NCBI GenBank assembly: GCA_963727825.1
Contig: CAVSHO010000008.1
Location: 130,675-194,674, forward strand
Reading direction: 5' to 3'
Source of the DNA: Ignavibacteriota bacterium
GTDB lineage: Bacteria; Bacteroidota; Ignavibacteria; UBA10030
Length of the DNA: 64,000 bases
In this document: positions 39,840 through 50,687 of the stretch, one piece after another
Layout: each line of letters begins with the position of its first letter
Numbering within the stretch: the stretch's first letter is position 1
Position numbers and translations under genes: made by a program
The notes under the pieces: model-generated
The model's database searches: none
Told to the model about the DNA's origin: nothing
The model's input: the letters and a program-made list of their open reading frames with translations, nothing else

Positions 39840-40613
39840 ATGAAAAAATTTCGCTGGGTTGTTCTTTTGCTAGTGACCCTCATGTGCAGTGTCCATGGTG
39901 CAGCAGAAACAAAAATCCCAAAGCTTGAACAGCGTGTATCGGATTTCACAAATACTTTGAGCTTTCAGGAATGGCAGCAGTTGGATCATTTACTGAAGAG
40001 CTATGAGGATTCAACCTCTACACAGGTTGTTGTTCTTATAATTAATTCCTTAGATGGAGAAAGTGTCGAAGATTACGCTAATAAAGTTTTTACGGAAAAT
40101 AAGATTGGCCAAGTAAAGAAGGATAACGGCGTACTGCTCATGATCTCCAAACAAGATCATGCAATAAGAATAGAAGTTGGCTATGGATTGGAAGGTGTAC
40201 TAACTGACGCTATTACATCACAGATCATCCGCGAGGAGATTGTTCCGCACTTTAAAGCCGATAATTATTTCGGTGGCATCGTAACTGGTGTTGATGCAAT
40301 TATGCGCGCAACGGCCGGCGAGTATCATGCGGATAACAATGGGAAAAAAGCGCCTGCAACCTCAGCTGGACTTGTGACTTTAGTTATTATCTTTGTCGTT
40401 TTCGTTCTAATGCCGATGATGACTTCACGACGACGGTCGATTATTGGATCAGGCGGTCATAGCTATTATTCCGGTTGGGGTTATGGTGGTGGTTTTGGCG
40501 GCGGCGGATTTGGTGGAGGTGGATTTGGAGGTGGAGGTGGATTTGGAGGTGGAGGTGGATTTAGCGGCGGTGGCGGAATGTCCGGCGGCGGCGGTGCCTC
40601 CGGTAGCTGGTAA
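39840..40613 (+). CDS. TPM domain protein (YgcG-like) with Gly-rich C-terminus
   Basis: DNGVLL, RIEVGYGLEGVLTD and a C-terminal GGGF repeat ending GGGGASGSW. Confidence 0.93.
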   Translation: MKKFRWVVLLLVTLMCSVHGAAETKIPKLEQRVSDFTNTLSFQEWQQLDHLLKSYEDSTSTQVVVLIINSLDGESVEDYANKVFTENKIGQVKKDNGVLLMISKQDHAIRIEVGYGLEGVLTDAITSQIIREEIVPHFKADNYFGGIVTGVDAIMRATAGEYHADNNGKKAPATSAGLVTLVIIFVVFVLMPMMTSRRRSIIGSGGHSYYSGWGYGGGFGGGGFGGGGFGGGGGFGGGGGFSGGGGMSGGGGASGSW

Positions 40614-40643
40614 AAAAAGAGTAGAAAGTAAAATGAGTGGCAT

Positions 40644-41318
40644 ATGAGTAACGAAACAATACGAGTGCTCTATGTAAATGGGACCGAGCGAGATGTTCAA
40701 TCTATTAGTGAAGGTCTTTCAAAATTTGGTGGTACACAATTTGAATTTATATGGCAGCAAAGTGCTGAGAAAGCAATAACATTTCTTGAGCAACAAAATG
40801 CTGTTGATGTTATCGTGACAGAAGATGTTCTTGAGGGAATGAATGGCGTTGAATTCATGAACAAATTGAAAGACTTGAAATACGACATTCCTGTTGTGTT
40901 TCTTACAACAATCAAAGATGTGAGTTTTGCTGTTGAAGTTATGCGTATGGGTGTGAAGGACTATTTGCTTAAAGACGATGTTACTACACATGTTTTTCCA
41001 CAAACGCTTCTCAGGGTCGTAGAGAAGGGCCATCTTAAACAAGAACAGGATAAATTGGAAATTAAAAGGAAACGCTTAGAAGCAATGCAGGAAATTGTTG
41101 TTGGTATTTCCGATAAGATCAGTGAACCGCTTGAAGATATGAATAAGATTGTCAGTGAACTTGAACAGAACCCGCTTCCTGAAAAAGCAGTGAAGTACTT
41201 GCAAATGATCAAAGACAATGTGGAACGGATGCAGCTGAAGTTAGAAAAACTTCGGAATTTGAAAGAAGACAAAACAGTAAAGTACATTAAAGATATTAAG
41301 ATGATTGACCTATCGTAG
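40644..41318 (+). CDS. Atypical (pseudo-)receiver protein with His-less DHp-like C-terminus
   Basis: Receiver fold (GMNGVE, IPVVFLT, MGVKDYLLK) lacking the acidic pocket and phospho-Asp. The tail GISDKISEPL resembles HisKA without His. Confidence 0.75.
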   Translation: MSNETIRVLYVNGTERDVQSISEGLSKFGGTQFEFIWQQSAEKAITFLEQQNAVDVIVTEDVLEGMNGVEFMNKLKDLKYDIPVVFLTTIKDVSFAVEVMRMGVKDYLLKDDVTTHVFPQTLLRVVEKGHLKQEQDKLEIKRKRLEAMQEIVVGISDKISEPLEDMNKIVSELEQNPLPEKAVKYLQMIKDNVERMQLKLEKLRNLKEDKTVKYIKDIKMIDLS

Positions 41319-41332
41319 CGGAGTAGAACCGC

Positions 41333-41788
41333 ATGAAAAACCTTGTAAAACAAATGTTCACAAAAGAAGATCTTGCCGTAATTGCATCGGCGATTGGCGA
41401 GGCGGAAAAAACAACAGCAGGAGAAATCCGCGTCAGTATACGCCAGAAGCGAAAGTGGCGTGAGAGAAAACGTACAATCGAAGAAATAGCACGGCAAGAA
41501 TTTCATTTACTGGGAATGAATAAGACAAAAGATCGCACGGGTATTCTGATCTTCCTCCTGCTTGAAGATAAAAAATTTTTCATCCTTGCTGATGATGGAA
41601 TCCATACTAAAGTTAAAGATGGTACCTGGGACGAGATTGCAAAAGAAATGTCTAATCATTTCTCGCAGAAGAATTATCGAACCGGCATTGTTCACGGTGT
41701 CCATTCGGTCGGCATGGAACTTTCAAAATATTTCCCAAGAAAAGCTGACGATACAAATGAGCTGCCTAATGAAGTGCACGTGCAGTAA
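41333..41788 (+). CDS. TPM domain protein (short partner)
   Basis: AEK.TAGEIRV, RTGILIF, ILADDGIH and NELPNEV. Confidence 0.92.
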   Translation: MKNLVKQMFTKEDLAVIASAIGEAEKTTAGEIRVSIRQKRKWRERKRTIEEIARQEFHLLGMNKTKDRTGILIFLLLEDKKFFILADDGIHTKVKDGTWDEIAKEMSNHFSQKNYRTGIVHGVHSVGMELSKYFPRKADDTNELPNEVHVQ

Positions 41789-41824
41789 AACTTCGGAAAT
41801 TCATATCCCTTCTTTTTCACAGCG

Positions 41825-42673
41825 ATGAAATGTAAATCTGCCATAGCGCAAATTGACTGCCGCGTTGGAGCGTTCGATCAAAACCTCAAACACCATTTTG
41901 AATTTATCGATCACGCTATTACTGAAGGAGCACAGCTCGTCCTTTTCCCGGAATTAAGTCTTACAGGTTATACATTGCGGGATTTGGCATGGGATGTTGC
42001 CATCAATCCTTTTCAAAATAAAATCATTGCTCCATTGCTTGAAAGAAGCCGTAAGATTTCTATTGCTGTAGGATTTGTCGAAAGCGGTACACACTACGGC
42101 ATCTACAATAGTGCGATGTTTTTAGAAGATGGTGAAATCAAACATATCCATCGCAAAATATATCCGCCGACTTACGGAATGTTTGAAGAGGGCAGATACT
42201 TCGGTGTAGGAAAAAACATTGCGGCTTTCGATTCAAAACTTGGCCGATTAGGTATGCTCATCTGTGAAGATCTCTGGCATGTATCATTGCCGTACTTGCT
42301 AGCACTTGATGGCGCCGAAGCTGTTTTATGCCTGACCGCAAGCCCGACCCGGCTTTCCGGTGAAGGAACTCAATTTGATAATCAAGTAGTGAATTATGAA
42401 CATCACCGCACATTTGCAAGGCTGCTCAACATATACATTCTTTTCAGCAATAGAGTAGGATTTGAAGATGGTGTGAACTTCTGGGGTGGTTCCAATATCA
42501 CATCCCCCGGCGGGGAAATGATTTCTACCGCAAAGTTGCAGGAAGAATGCTTGATTTATGCCGAGCTTGATTCCAACGAGGTGCAGCGCGCAAGACGATT
42601 CTCGCGTCACTTCCTTGATGAGCGCCCGGAATTGGTTCTTGAGACGCTTCGCCGCCAGTTGAAACGAAGATAG
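41825..42673 (+). CDS. Nitrilase-superfamily carbon-nitrogen hydrolase (NAD-synthetase glutaminase-like)
   Basis: E-K-C triad in FPELSLTGY, HRKIYPPTYGMFEE.RYF and LICEDLWH. Confidence 0.9.
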   Translation: MKCKSAIAQIDCRVGAFDQNLKHHFEFIDHAITEGAQLVLFPELSLTGYTLRDLAWDVAINPFQNKIIAPLLERSRKISIAVGFVESGTHYGIYNSAMFLEDGEIKHIHRKIYPPTYGMFEEGRYFGVGKNIAAFDSKLGRLGMLICEDLWHVSLPYLLALDGAEAVLCLTASPTRLSGEGTQFDNQVVNYEHHRTFARLLNIYILFSNRVGFEDGVNFWGGSNITSPGGEMISTAKLQEECLIYAELDSNEVQRARRFSRHFLDERPELVLETLRRQLKRR

Positions 42674-42692
42674 ATATTCCTTCTGCTTTGTA

Positions 42693-42738
42693 ACCTTCGT
42701 AAGGTTGCTGAGTTTATCTAAAAGAGCCTTACGAAGGT
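42693..42738. repeat. Palindrome doublet (REP-like), copy 2
   Basis: ACCTTCGTAAGGT-N20-GCCTTACGAAGGT. Confidence 0.65.
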
Positions 42739-42843
42739 AATAATTCCTCTCGTTATTCTCCCATCGCTCAAGTTGAAAATCCGCACACTTTTTCGTAGCT
42801 TTCTATCGGTTCACTCTGAAAATGTTTTGAAAGGATACTGAAA

Positions 42844-43701
42844 ATGACAAATTCACTGAAAACGATTCTGCTGATGGCTTTGATGATGGGCTTGCTGCTG
42901 TTTATTGGAGATTGGCTTGGCGGTCAACAGGGTCTGTTTATGGCATTTATATTCTCATTACTGATGAACTTTGGGATGTATTGGTTTTCCAGCAAGATTG
43001 TGCTGATGACTTACGGTGCAAGAGAAGTAACTGAAGCAGAAGCGCCGCGTTTGACTGGAATTGTGAGTCGTCTTGCCGCACAAGCTCAATTACCGATGCC
43101 AAAAGTGTACATTATTCCAGGTGATTCGCCGAATGCATTTGCAACCGGACGCAATCCGGAACACGCTGCTGTTGCAGCGACCGAAGGAATTCTTCGTATG
43201 CTTTCGGATGATGAGTTGGAAGGAGTTATTTCACACGAGTTGGCTCACGTTAAACATCGAGATATTTTGATTGCAACGCTTGTGGCGGCAATGGCTGGAA
43301 CGATCACATTCGTTGCCCGGATGGCGATGTATGCTTCAATCTTCGGCGGTGGAAGCAGAGACAGGGAAAATTCGAACCCTCTCGGTCAAATTCTTCTTAT
43401 CGTTCTTGCTCCTATTGCGGCGATGCTTATTCAATTTGCGGTTTCGCGTTCACGGGAATTTGCTGCAGACGAAGGCGGCGCAAAAATTTGTCAACGACCA
43501 CTGAGTCTTGCCAACGCGCTGCGCAAACTCGAGAAAGGTGTACAACAAATTCCAATGGAAAATGCAGGCACAGCGACTGCACATATGTTTATTGTAAGTC
43601 CATTATTTGGCGGCGGAATTACTAAATTGTTTTCCACACATCCACCGACGGAAGAACGCATCGCACGGCTTGAACATCTTGCGATGGGTGGTATTAGTTA
43701 A
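42844..43701 (+). CDS. htpX: Zinc metalloprotease HtpX
   Basis: [24 protein letters not shown] and LFSTHPP. Confidence 0.97.
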   Translation: MTNSLKTILLMALMMGLLLFIGDWLGGQQGLFMAFIFSLLMNFGMYWFSSKIVLMTYGAREVTEAEAPRLTGIVSRLAAQAQLPMPKVYIIPGDSPNAFATGRNPEHAAVAATEGILRMLSDDELEGVISHELAHVKHRDILIATLVAAMAGTITFVARMAMYASIFGGGSRDRENSNPLGQILLIVLAPIAAMLIQFAVSRSREFAADEGGAKICQRPLSLANALRKLEKGVQQIPMENAGTATAHMFIVSPLFGGGITKLFSTHPPTEERIARLEHLAMGGIS

Positions 43702-44311
43702 AGGTATCTACTTGATATTCTATACGCGATCAGTCTGTTGTGCCGTATTGATGATAATTTTGGTAGGATCAAATGCAGTATCTTTTACAAATGATTCCAC
43801 TGGAGTCAGCAGTACGTCCGTTATGCGATCACAGTTGCAAAGTATTGCCGATGAAGTTGTTGATTCTGCGAAGCTCGATATAAATGGTCGCATTGCTGTT
43901 TTAGTGGAGGGTGAAGGGCCTAAGACTTTGGCAGAGAATGCGTTCATCGAAGCGCTTCAGAAACGGAATTACATTTCAATGGTCATCAATACTGCGGCGA
44001 TAAATCAAATGCTCCACGTGGTTTTTCTAAACTCTAAAATTGAAGTACGGAATTTGGATGCGAAGTCATCTGAACGGAATATCCAAACAACTCTAGAAGT
44101 GAGAATAACAAAAGGCGCCGAACGCGAAGCGCGTATACTCGGTTCATTCCATAGGGAAACGAAAGATACAGCGCAAGCATTCACGACAGGATTCCTTCCG
44201 ACAACTCAGAGGAATGATGAAACGGGAATTCTTCAGCGAATGTTGACACCATTTATCGTAATTGGCGGTGCGATCGTGATTGTATATTTGTTCTTTACGG
44301 TGAGAAGTTGA
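43688..44311 (+). CDS. Hypothetical exported protein with C-terminal TM anchor (start uncertain)
   Basis: Hydrophobic N-terminus and C-terminal [20 protein letters not shown]; fits operon spacing. Confidence 0.65.
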   Translation: MVLVKGIYLIFYTRSVCCAVLMIILVGSNAVSFTNDSTGVSSTSVMRSQLQSIADEVVDSAKLDINGRIAVLVEGEGPKTLAENAFIEALQKRNYISMVINTAAINQMLHVVFLNSKIEVRNLDAKSSERNIQTTLEVRITKGAEREARILGSFHRETKDTAQAFTTGFLPTTQRNDETGILQRMLTPFIVIGGAIVIVYLFFTVRS

Positions 44312-45366
44312 AATTTAGATTCGTACCGTTGATTATTGTTATTGCGTTAATTATTCAGCCGATGCCAAGAGCGCTCGCGCAGAATTGTGATTCTGTGATG
44401 AGTGTATCGCTGCTTGCCTTGGGTGATATTAATCTGGGGCGTACTGTCGGACAGGAAATTCTAAAAGGTAAGATAGATTTTCCGTTTGAGAAATTTGGTT
44501 CTGTTTTAGCGCGTGCTGAAGTCGTATTTGCGAATCTTGAATGTCCCGTCACAGATCATAATGGCGAGACTCAAAGTCCAAAATCAAATGTAATTTTTTG
44601 TGCACCGCCGGATGCAGGAGCAACGTTAAGACGCGCTGGTATAACAGTTGTGTCAACAGCGAACAATCACGCATTTGATTATGGTTTGAAAGGGCTTCGC
44701 GAAACAATCAAGTTTCTAAATAGAGACAGCAATCAGTTTGCTGGAACGGTAATGAATGCTGGAGAAGAGTTTAATCCGGCCATTATTTTACGAAATGGAA
44801 TAAAATTTGGTATCTTAGCGTACACACAAACCGTCAACATTCACCGAGGATGGAAAGGATTGATTTCTGTCTTTGATTCAGCAAGAGCATTGCATGAAAT
44901 TCATGCATTGAAACCACGGGTGGACTTCGTAATTGCGAGTTATCATGGCGGAGATGAGTATAAAGATGTTCCCGGTGAATATGCAGAAAGGGAAATGAAA
45001 CTTCTTGCAGAATTTGGCGCTGATTTTGTTTTTGGGCATCATCCACACGTGCCAAATGGTATTGAAGTATATAATGGATGCTGGATATTTCATTCGCTTG
45101 GTAATGCGGTCTTCAATCAGCCGCAGCGGTTCTGGACGCAGAGGTCATTTGCCGCACTTTTTAAAATTCAGAAGAGGAACGGCCAGAAAAATATTTCGTC
45201 TATAGAATTGATTCCTTTCCACGCCGGGTATCAACCAAGCGCAGATTTAAATACGGACGAAGCTCAGGAATTAATGAATCGGATTCAAATGTTATCAACA
45301 GTTTCTATCACACACACAGAGCGAGGTTACTTTGTTAAACCGTCTGTTGGAAAAGCATCTCAATAA
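44308..45366 (+). CDS. CapA family metallophosphatase (PGA_cap)
   Basis: GDINLGR, ANLECP, ANNHAFDYG, HGGDEY, GHHPHV and SLGN. Confidence 0.92.
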   Translation: MKFRFVPLIIVIALIIQPMPRALAQNCDSVMSVSLLALGDINLGRTVGQEILKGKIDFPFEKFGSVLARAEVVFANLECPVTDHNGETQSPKSNVIFCAPPDAGATLRRAGITVVSTANNHAFDYGLKGLRETIKFLNRDSNQFAGTVMNAGEEFNPAIILRNGIKFGILAYTQTVNIHRGWKGLISVFDSARALHEIHALKPRVDFVIASYHGGDEYKDVPGEYAEREMKLLAEFGADFVFGHHPHVPNGIEVYNGCWIFHSLGNAVFNQPQRFWTQRSFAALFKIQKRNGQKNISSIELIPFHAGYQPSADLNTDEAQELMNRIQMLSTVSITHTERGYFVKPSVGKASQ

Positions 45367-46192
45367 CAAATTCATTCTTTTTTCTTTAATTATACTCTCA
45401 ACATTAATTGTTGGATGTGGCTCTGAAGAAGCAACAAAGCAATTTAGCGCTGAGGAGCGGTACGAACTAGGTATGAAAGCATTTAAGAATGAAGATTATT
45501 TAACAGCAATCGAAGAATTTAAAGTTGTGTCACTGCAGTACCAAGGAAGCAGGGTTGCCGATTCGGCACAGTTCTATATGGCAGAATGCCGGTACTTTCG
45601 AGAGGAATACATACTTGCCGCATTTGAATATGATGTCTTGCTGCGCACAATGCCATCCAGTATCTTTGCATCTCGTGCACGTTTTAGGCGCGCAACGTGT
45701 TTTTATGAGCTTTCGCCAAATTCTATTTTGGATCAAAATTATTCGCGAAAAGCGATTGATGAGTATCAAGCTTTCTTGGAATACTATCCTACCGATACGC
45801 TGGTTTCTTTGGCAGAACAAAGAATTAATGAGTTAAACACAAAGCTGGCGCAGAAAGATTTCGAGAACGGCATGACGTATATGCACATGGAATATTACAA
45901 GGCCGCGACTTATTATTTCGATGTTGTGTTGGATAAGTACCATGACACGCAATATGCCGAGCCGGCATTGCTTAAGAAAGCTGAAGCATTGACAAATCGC
46001 AAGAAATATGCTGATGCAAAAGAAGCACTGGAGAAGTTCCGCGAGAAATATCCATCGAGTATTTTGAAGCCGGATGCCGATAAGTTAAATTCTGAGATTG
46101 AAATAGGACTGCGTGACGAGAAAACGAAGAAACCAAAAGCGCCGGCGCCAATTAAAGATACCAGCAAGCAAGTTCCTCAATTTGGACAATAA
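45332..46192 (+). CDS. bamD: Outer membrane assembly lipoprotein BamD
   Basis: Lipobox IVGC, TPRs, LSP...LDQ..SRKAI..YQ.F...YP and KLA.K. Confidence 0.9.
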   Translation: MLNRLLEKHLNNKFILFSLIILSTLIVGCGSEEATKQFSAEERYELGMKAFKNEDYLTAIEEFKVVSLQYQGSRVADSAQFYMAECRYFREEYILAAFEYDVLLRTMPSSIFASRARFRRATCFYELSPNSILDQNYSRKAIDEYQAFLEYYPTDTLVSLAEQRINELNTKLAQKDFENGMTYMHMEYYKAATYYFDVVLDKYHDTQYAEPALLKKAEALTNRKKYADAKEALEKFREKYPSSILKPDADKLNSEIEIGLRDEKTKKPKAPAPIKDTSKQVPQFGQ

Positions 46193-46193
46193 A

Positions 46194-46673
46194 ATGCAAC
46201 GACTGAAAACAAAACTAGTCACTGCCTCACAGGTAGAAATGACTGAGTTAGTTATTCCAAATGATACAAACCGGCTGGGGAATCTTCTTGGCGGACGATT
46301 GATGCATTGGATTGATATCGCAGCCGCAATTGCTGCATCCCGGCACACTAATCGTGTCTGTGTCACTGCATCGTTGGATGAATTGCATTTCCATCATCCG
46401 GTCAAACAGGGCGAAGTCGTGATATTGCAAGCATCGGTTAACCGGGTGTTCCGTACGTCGCTTGAAGTTGGAGTGCGTGTCACAAAAGAAAATCTTCTTA
46501 CAGGTGAACGGCAACACACAAATAGCGCATATCTGATGTTCGTTGCAATCGATAATGATGGACGGCCCGTGCCCGCAAATCCTGTGAAACCGATTAAAGG
46601 TGTCGAAAAACGGCGTTACCGGGAAGCTGGTCATCGCAGGAAGTTGCGATTGTTACATCATCAGCGAGGTTAA
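46194..46673 (+). CDS. Acyl-CoA thioesterase (hotdog, YciA-like)
   Basis: PNDTN.LGNLLGGRLMHWID, VTAS.D and TSLEVGV. Confidence 0.93.
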   Translation: MQRLKTKLVTASQVEMTELVIPNDTNRLGNLLGGRLMHWIDIAAAIAASRHTNRVCVTASLDELHFHHPVKQGEVVILQASVNRVFRTSLEVGVRVTKENLLTGERQHTNSAYLMFVAIDNDGRPVPANPVKPIKGVEKRRYREAGHRRKLRLLHHQRG

Positions 46674-46741
46674 TTATCATTCCGTGGAAAGACAACACGT
46701 CCGATTGCAGCGTTCCTTCTCAGTGCCATCGTTTCGCGCAC

Positions 46742-48910
46742 TTGCTCAGTTCTACGTCTTTTTTTTTCTGGCTTACAATTCGCACAGCCTCGGCGCAGAC
46801 TAATGAGTCTGCTTTTGGAGAAGTACGCATCTTCTCGCTTCCTGCAAAATTTGAAAAGACCACTCTGGTCTCATCAGATTACCATGGGGTTACTAAACTT
46901 GCAGCGTGGTCCAGACATCGCAATGAAATTCTATTAGCAACATTTGATTCAACGCAGACATCTGTTACATACAACTTGAAACACACGGCAGTTCAGTTTG
47001 ATAATTTATATGCCGCGGATTTTAATGGCGACGGCCTGCCGGATTTGATGTTGGTAAATAAGCATGAGAAATTGATTTCATTTGTGCTGAATCTGAGACC
47101 GGATTCTCTTCAAGTAACAAGTACAATTAAGATTCCATTTGAGCCAGAGCAAATATTAATTGGCGATTACAACAATGATAAACACGTCGATATCTTGGTG
47201 TATTCGCGTAAGACTCCTGGCATTCTTCCCCTCGTTGGAAATGGCAAAGGTAACTTTACAATGGGAAAAGTTATCGCACAGGATAATGCTGTTGGAGCCG
47301 CTGATTTTGCTCATTTGAACAACGATAATCTAATAGACATTGTTCTTTGGGATTGGGTAAAGAGTGAACTCCATATTCTTTATGGCGCCGGGAACGGAAA
47401 ATTCATAGACCAGAGCATATTTCCTGTGCAAGGTGAAGTGGAATCACTTAATGCGATATCTCTTATTCGCGGTCATGCAACTGATTTAATGTTGAAAATG
47501 ACTAAACCGTCCGAGTTTCAAGTCTGGGAAGGAAACGACTTCGGTGACTTTCAATTAAAATATCATATTCCTATTGAAGAACACGTAACGGATTTCTGTT
47601 TTAATGATGTAAATAATGATGGGTTAAATGACATCGTTATGTCAATGAGCCCTGCATCTTTGCAAGTTATTTTCAATAATGATGCGGATGCATTTACTGA
47701 TCGCATTGAGTATGCCGCTGGAGATGCTCCCCAGGACATTGTTGTTACATCTCAAGGAAATTGTCTGGTTTTTGACGGAGGAAATAATCAGTTCCTTGTT
47801 TACCAGAATACTGCGAAGTCAAGTTCAATGGCGGATTCTATCCAATTCGCTACTGGCGTTTCTCCGACTGAAATCATTGTAGGTGATTTCAATCGAGACA
47901 GTGTTGCGGACATTGCACTGCTCAACACAAAAAGTCAATCTGTTTCGCTCTATTGGGGTCAAAAAGGTACTGCTCCTTTTGGACCAATTTCGTATCCATT
48001 GACTGGTGAGCCAAGCCACCTAGCGTTCCATTCATCAACGGATACCACGTTACAACTTGTGCTTACGTTTCCGCAAACTCATCAAATTTCATATTTTACG
48101 CTTGACGCTGCAAATCATTCTGTCTCAAATGCGTTCATCGGATGCGAGGGAGATGCTCAACTGATCTCGGCCTCTGTAAGTCAAAACCATCGAGCACAAT
48201 TTGCTACATTAAATACAAATTCGCCAGAAGGAAATTCTTTGAGCTTCTATGAACAACTTGGTTCGACAACATTTATTGAACGCACTTTTCGCCTTCCGCC
48301 ACCTGATGATTTATTAGGAGCTTCGATTGCAGATTTGAACCATGATGGATTCCCAGGCATTGTCTATGTGTACCGTGCCGGTGATAATTTGATGGTAGAA
48401 CTCGGTGTAGCGTTTGGTGACTCGACCTATTCCATGAAACGTCGCATTGTCTCTCGGGAGTTTGCACTTCCAGAAGTCAAACAAGTTTTCATTTGGCTAG
48501 TCGATTTTGATAATAACGGTGTTCTCGATTTTTTGATGTTGGCAGGAGATCCGGTGAATTATTTATTGATTGCTAAAGGGGAGGGAAATGGCTCTTTTCG
48601 TGATCCTAAAATTATTACAAGTGGTTTGTCGATTGAAGAGAGGTCGGATTTACAAATTGTTGATGTAGATGGCGATGGTTTTCCCGATATTGTCATCGGT
48701 TCAAAGAAGCTTGGGCGTGTGGCATGGTTTCGCAATCGCGGCGATTGCAATTTCGACGCCGATCAAACATTGGTGGTGCAACATGACTTGAGCCATTACG
48801 CTATTGGCGATGTCGATGCTGATGGTATAAAGGATTTAGTAATGACACTTGGGAATATGGGTGTTTTGAAAATTATCAATGGCAAGCAGCTTCCTTTTCG
48901 AGCAAAATAA
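46742..48910 (+). CDS. FG-GAP/VCBS repeat secreted protein (true start possibly GTG 46684)
   Basis: Many DFNGDG.PD / DVDGDG..D repeats. Confidence 0.88.
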   Translation: MLSSTSFFFWLTIRTASAQTNESAFGEVRIFSLPAKFEKTTLVSSDYHGVTKLAAWSRHRNEILLATFDSTQTSVTYNLKHTAVQFDNLYAADFNGDGLPDLMLVNKHEKLISFVLNLRPDSLQVTSTIKIPFEPEQILIGDYNNDKHVDILVYSRKTPGILPLVGNGKGNFTMGKVIAQDNAVGAADFAHLNNDNLIDIVLWDWVKSELHILYGAGNGKFIDQSIFPVQGEVESLNAISLIRGHATDLMLKMTKPSEFQVWEGNDFGDFQLKYHIPIEEHVTDFCFNDVNNDGLNDIVMSMSPASLQVIFNNDADAFTDRIEYAAGDAPQDIVVTSQGNCLVFDGGNNQFLVYQNTAKSSSMADSIQFATGVSPTEIIVGDFNRDSVADIALLNTKSQSVSLYWGQKGTAPFGPISYPLTGEPSHLAFHSSTDTTLQLVLTFPQTHQISYFTLDAANHSVSNAFIGCEGDAQLISASVSQNHRAQFATLNTNSPEGNSLSFYEQLGSTTFIERTFRLPPPDDLLGASIADLNHDGFPGIVYVYRAGDNLMVELGVAFGDSTYSMKRRIVSREFALPEVKQVFIWLVDFDNNGVLDFLMLAGDPVNYLLIAKGEGNGSFRDPKIITSGLSIEERSDLQIVDVDGDGFPDIVIGSKKLGRVAWFRNRGDCNFDADQTLVVQHDLSHYAIGDVDADGIKDLVMTLGNMGVLKIINGKQLPFRAK

Positions 48911-49001
48911 ATGTACGATGAAAAATATTTCAGGAGGTTGCAAAAAAGGACGAGTAGAACTAGTCTCTTCGCATCAGTTAAATAATATTTTTAAGAAAAG
49001 C

Positions 49002-50687
49002 ATGATCAGCCGTTGGCTCAAATACTTATCGCTTGTTGTTTTGCTCTTTTCTACAGCAACAGCGTTGGTTATAGCGAAAGATAGAGGAACTTCAAAGCGG
49101 CTTACGACCGATCAGCTTATTAATTCTCTACGTTCAATCAAGAATCCTTCTCTTCAACATGTGGAATCCGGTGAACCGGCGCAAGATGTGAAGTGCGGGT
49201 TCGGGATTCGAGCCTCGGTTCATAATCGATGGCAAGAATTTACAGGTCTTCAAAAAGCTGAAATTATAAATTTACTTCAGGTCGAATCTTTTGAGAAAGA
49301 TACTGTAATAGGGAGGTTTCATATTTTTTATGATGTCTCAGTTGATAGCGTAAATACGCCTGCTCTGCTTGCTTCTGACAACAGCCGGATACCTAACACA
49401 GCTAAACAATATGTAGATTCGGTCGGAAGAATTTTCAATGATGTGTATCATATTGAGGTGGAACAACTTGGTTACGATCCACCGCCCTTCGAATCTGGTG
49501 AAACTTCTTATCGTGTCTTCATCGTGAATATGTCGGACTATGGATATACGGATTGGGATGTTTCTCCACTGAATCCCGGAAATTCAGCCCCAAGGTATCC
49601 ATGCTTTGTACATATTCACAATGATTTCAGTCCGTTTTATACTAAAGGAATGAATGCGCTGAAAGTAACGGCAGCGCATGAATTCCATCATGTTATTCAA
49701 GTCGGATCCTACGGCTTTTGGGCAAACGCTGTGTATGCTCATGAATTAACATCGGTATGGTTTGAAGATGTTAATTATACAGATGTGAATGACTATTACC
49801 AATACTTAACGGATTATTTTGTAGGATTCAGTGATGGACGTTCCTTCAATTATGATCCTTATGAAGGTGGGTACGAGCGGTGTGTCTGGGCACATTTTAT
49901 AGCAAAGCAATTTAGTATAAACATGATGCGAAAAATATGGGAAGAAATGCGCACCAAGACTTATCAAGAGAATACAGATGTTTTTTTAGAAAGTAACGAT
50001 GCAATAATTACTGATTCTGGAATGACTCTCCAAACAGCGTTTGCAGAATTCACAAAGTGGAATTATTACACAGCGGATCGTGCTGATACGGTGAAATATT
50101 ATCCTGAGGGAAATCATTATCCACGGTTCCAGCCGCTTCAGACAATACCTTTTAATACTACAACTACAACAAACGGCAATGTAGAACCGCTTTCAACGTC
50201 AATGTACGAGTTTGATATGCAGCAGGATACAATTACTGCTGTAATTGCAAATGTGGATGTGAATAGTGCGATTAATAGAAATACGACACAGCAACAGATT
50301 GATATTACTCTATCTTCTGGGTTGCAAACTAATATTTCTGCCGAGAATTTGTCTCTTTGGAGCTCATTTTTTATAGAATCTTCAACTCGGACAGATATTC
50401 CGCATTTGCAATCTAATGCCGCACCGAATCCTTTTCGACTTGCGGAAGCACCATGGTTGAAACTTCCAATCAATCAAGACGCGGCAAAAACAGCCGAAGT
50501 ATTTTTCTTTACTTCGTCGCTTCAATTGGTTTACTCTGGATTTCTCAGCGTAAACGATGAAGATGGATTTAGGGCAATTGTTGTTCCGGCATCAGAAGTT
50601 AAATCCAAACTTTCTTCCGGAATATATTTCATTTTAGCTAAAACTGCGAATAGTGATTATAAATGGAAGGTTGCAGTCATCCGATGA
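49002..50687 (+). CDS. Secreted zinc metalloprotease (MXAN_6640-like) with T9SS-type C-terminal domain
   Basis: Signal peptide, KCG, VTAAHEFHHVIQ (HExxH), and a C-terminal PNPF...SSGIYF...K.AVIR. Confidence 0.8.
   Translation: MISRWLKYLSLVVLLFSTATALVIAKDRGTSKRLTTDQLINSLRSIKNPSLQHVESGEPAQDVKCGFGIRASVHNRWQEFTGLQKAEIINLLQVESFEKDTVIGRFHIFYDVSVDSVNTPALLASDNSRIPNTAKQYVDSVGRIFNDVYHIEVEQLGYDPPPFESGETSYRVFIVNMSDYGYTDWDVSPLNPGNSAPRYPCFVHIHNDFSPFYTKGMNALKVTAAHEFHHVIQVGSYGFWANAVYAHELTSVWFEDVNYTDVNDYYQYLTDYFVGFSDGRSFNYDPYEGGYERCVWAHFIAKQFSINMMRKIWEEMRTKTYQENTDVFLESNDAIITDSGMTLQTAFAEFTKWNYYTADRADTVKYYPEGNHYPRFQPLQTIPFNTTTTTNGNVEPLSTSMYEFDMQQDTITAVIANVDVNSAINRNTTQQQIDITLSSGLQTNISAENLSLWSSFFIESSTRTDIPHLQSNAAPNPFRLAEAPWLKLPINQDAAKTAEVFFFTSSLQLVYSGFLSVNDEDGFRAIVVPASEVKSKLSSGIYFILAKTANSDYKWKVAVIR

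Noticed and set aside
40486-40600. GGTGGATTTGGAGGTGGA tandem repeats as a CRISPR or VNTR
   Set aside because: They encode the usual Gly-rich tail of TPM proteins. There are no spacers and no cas genes.
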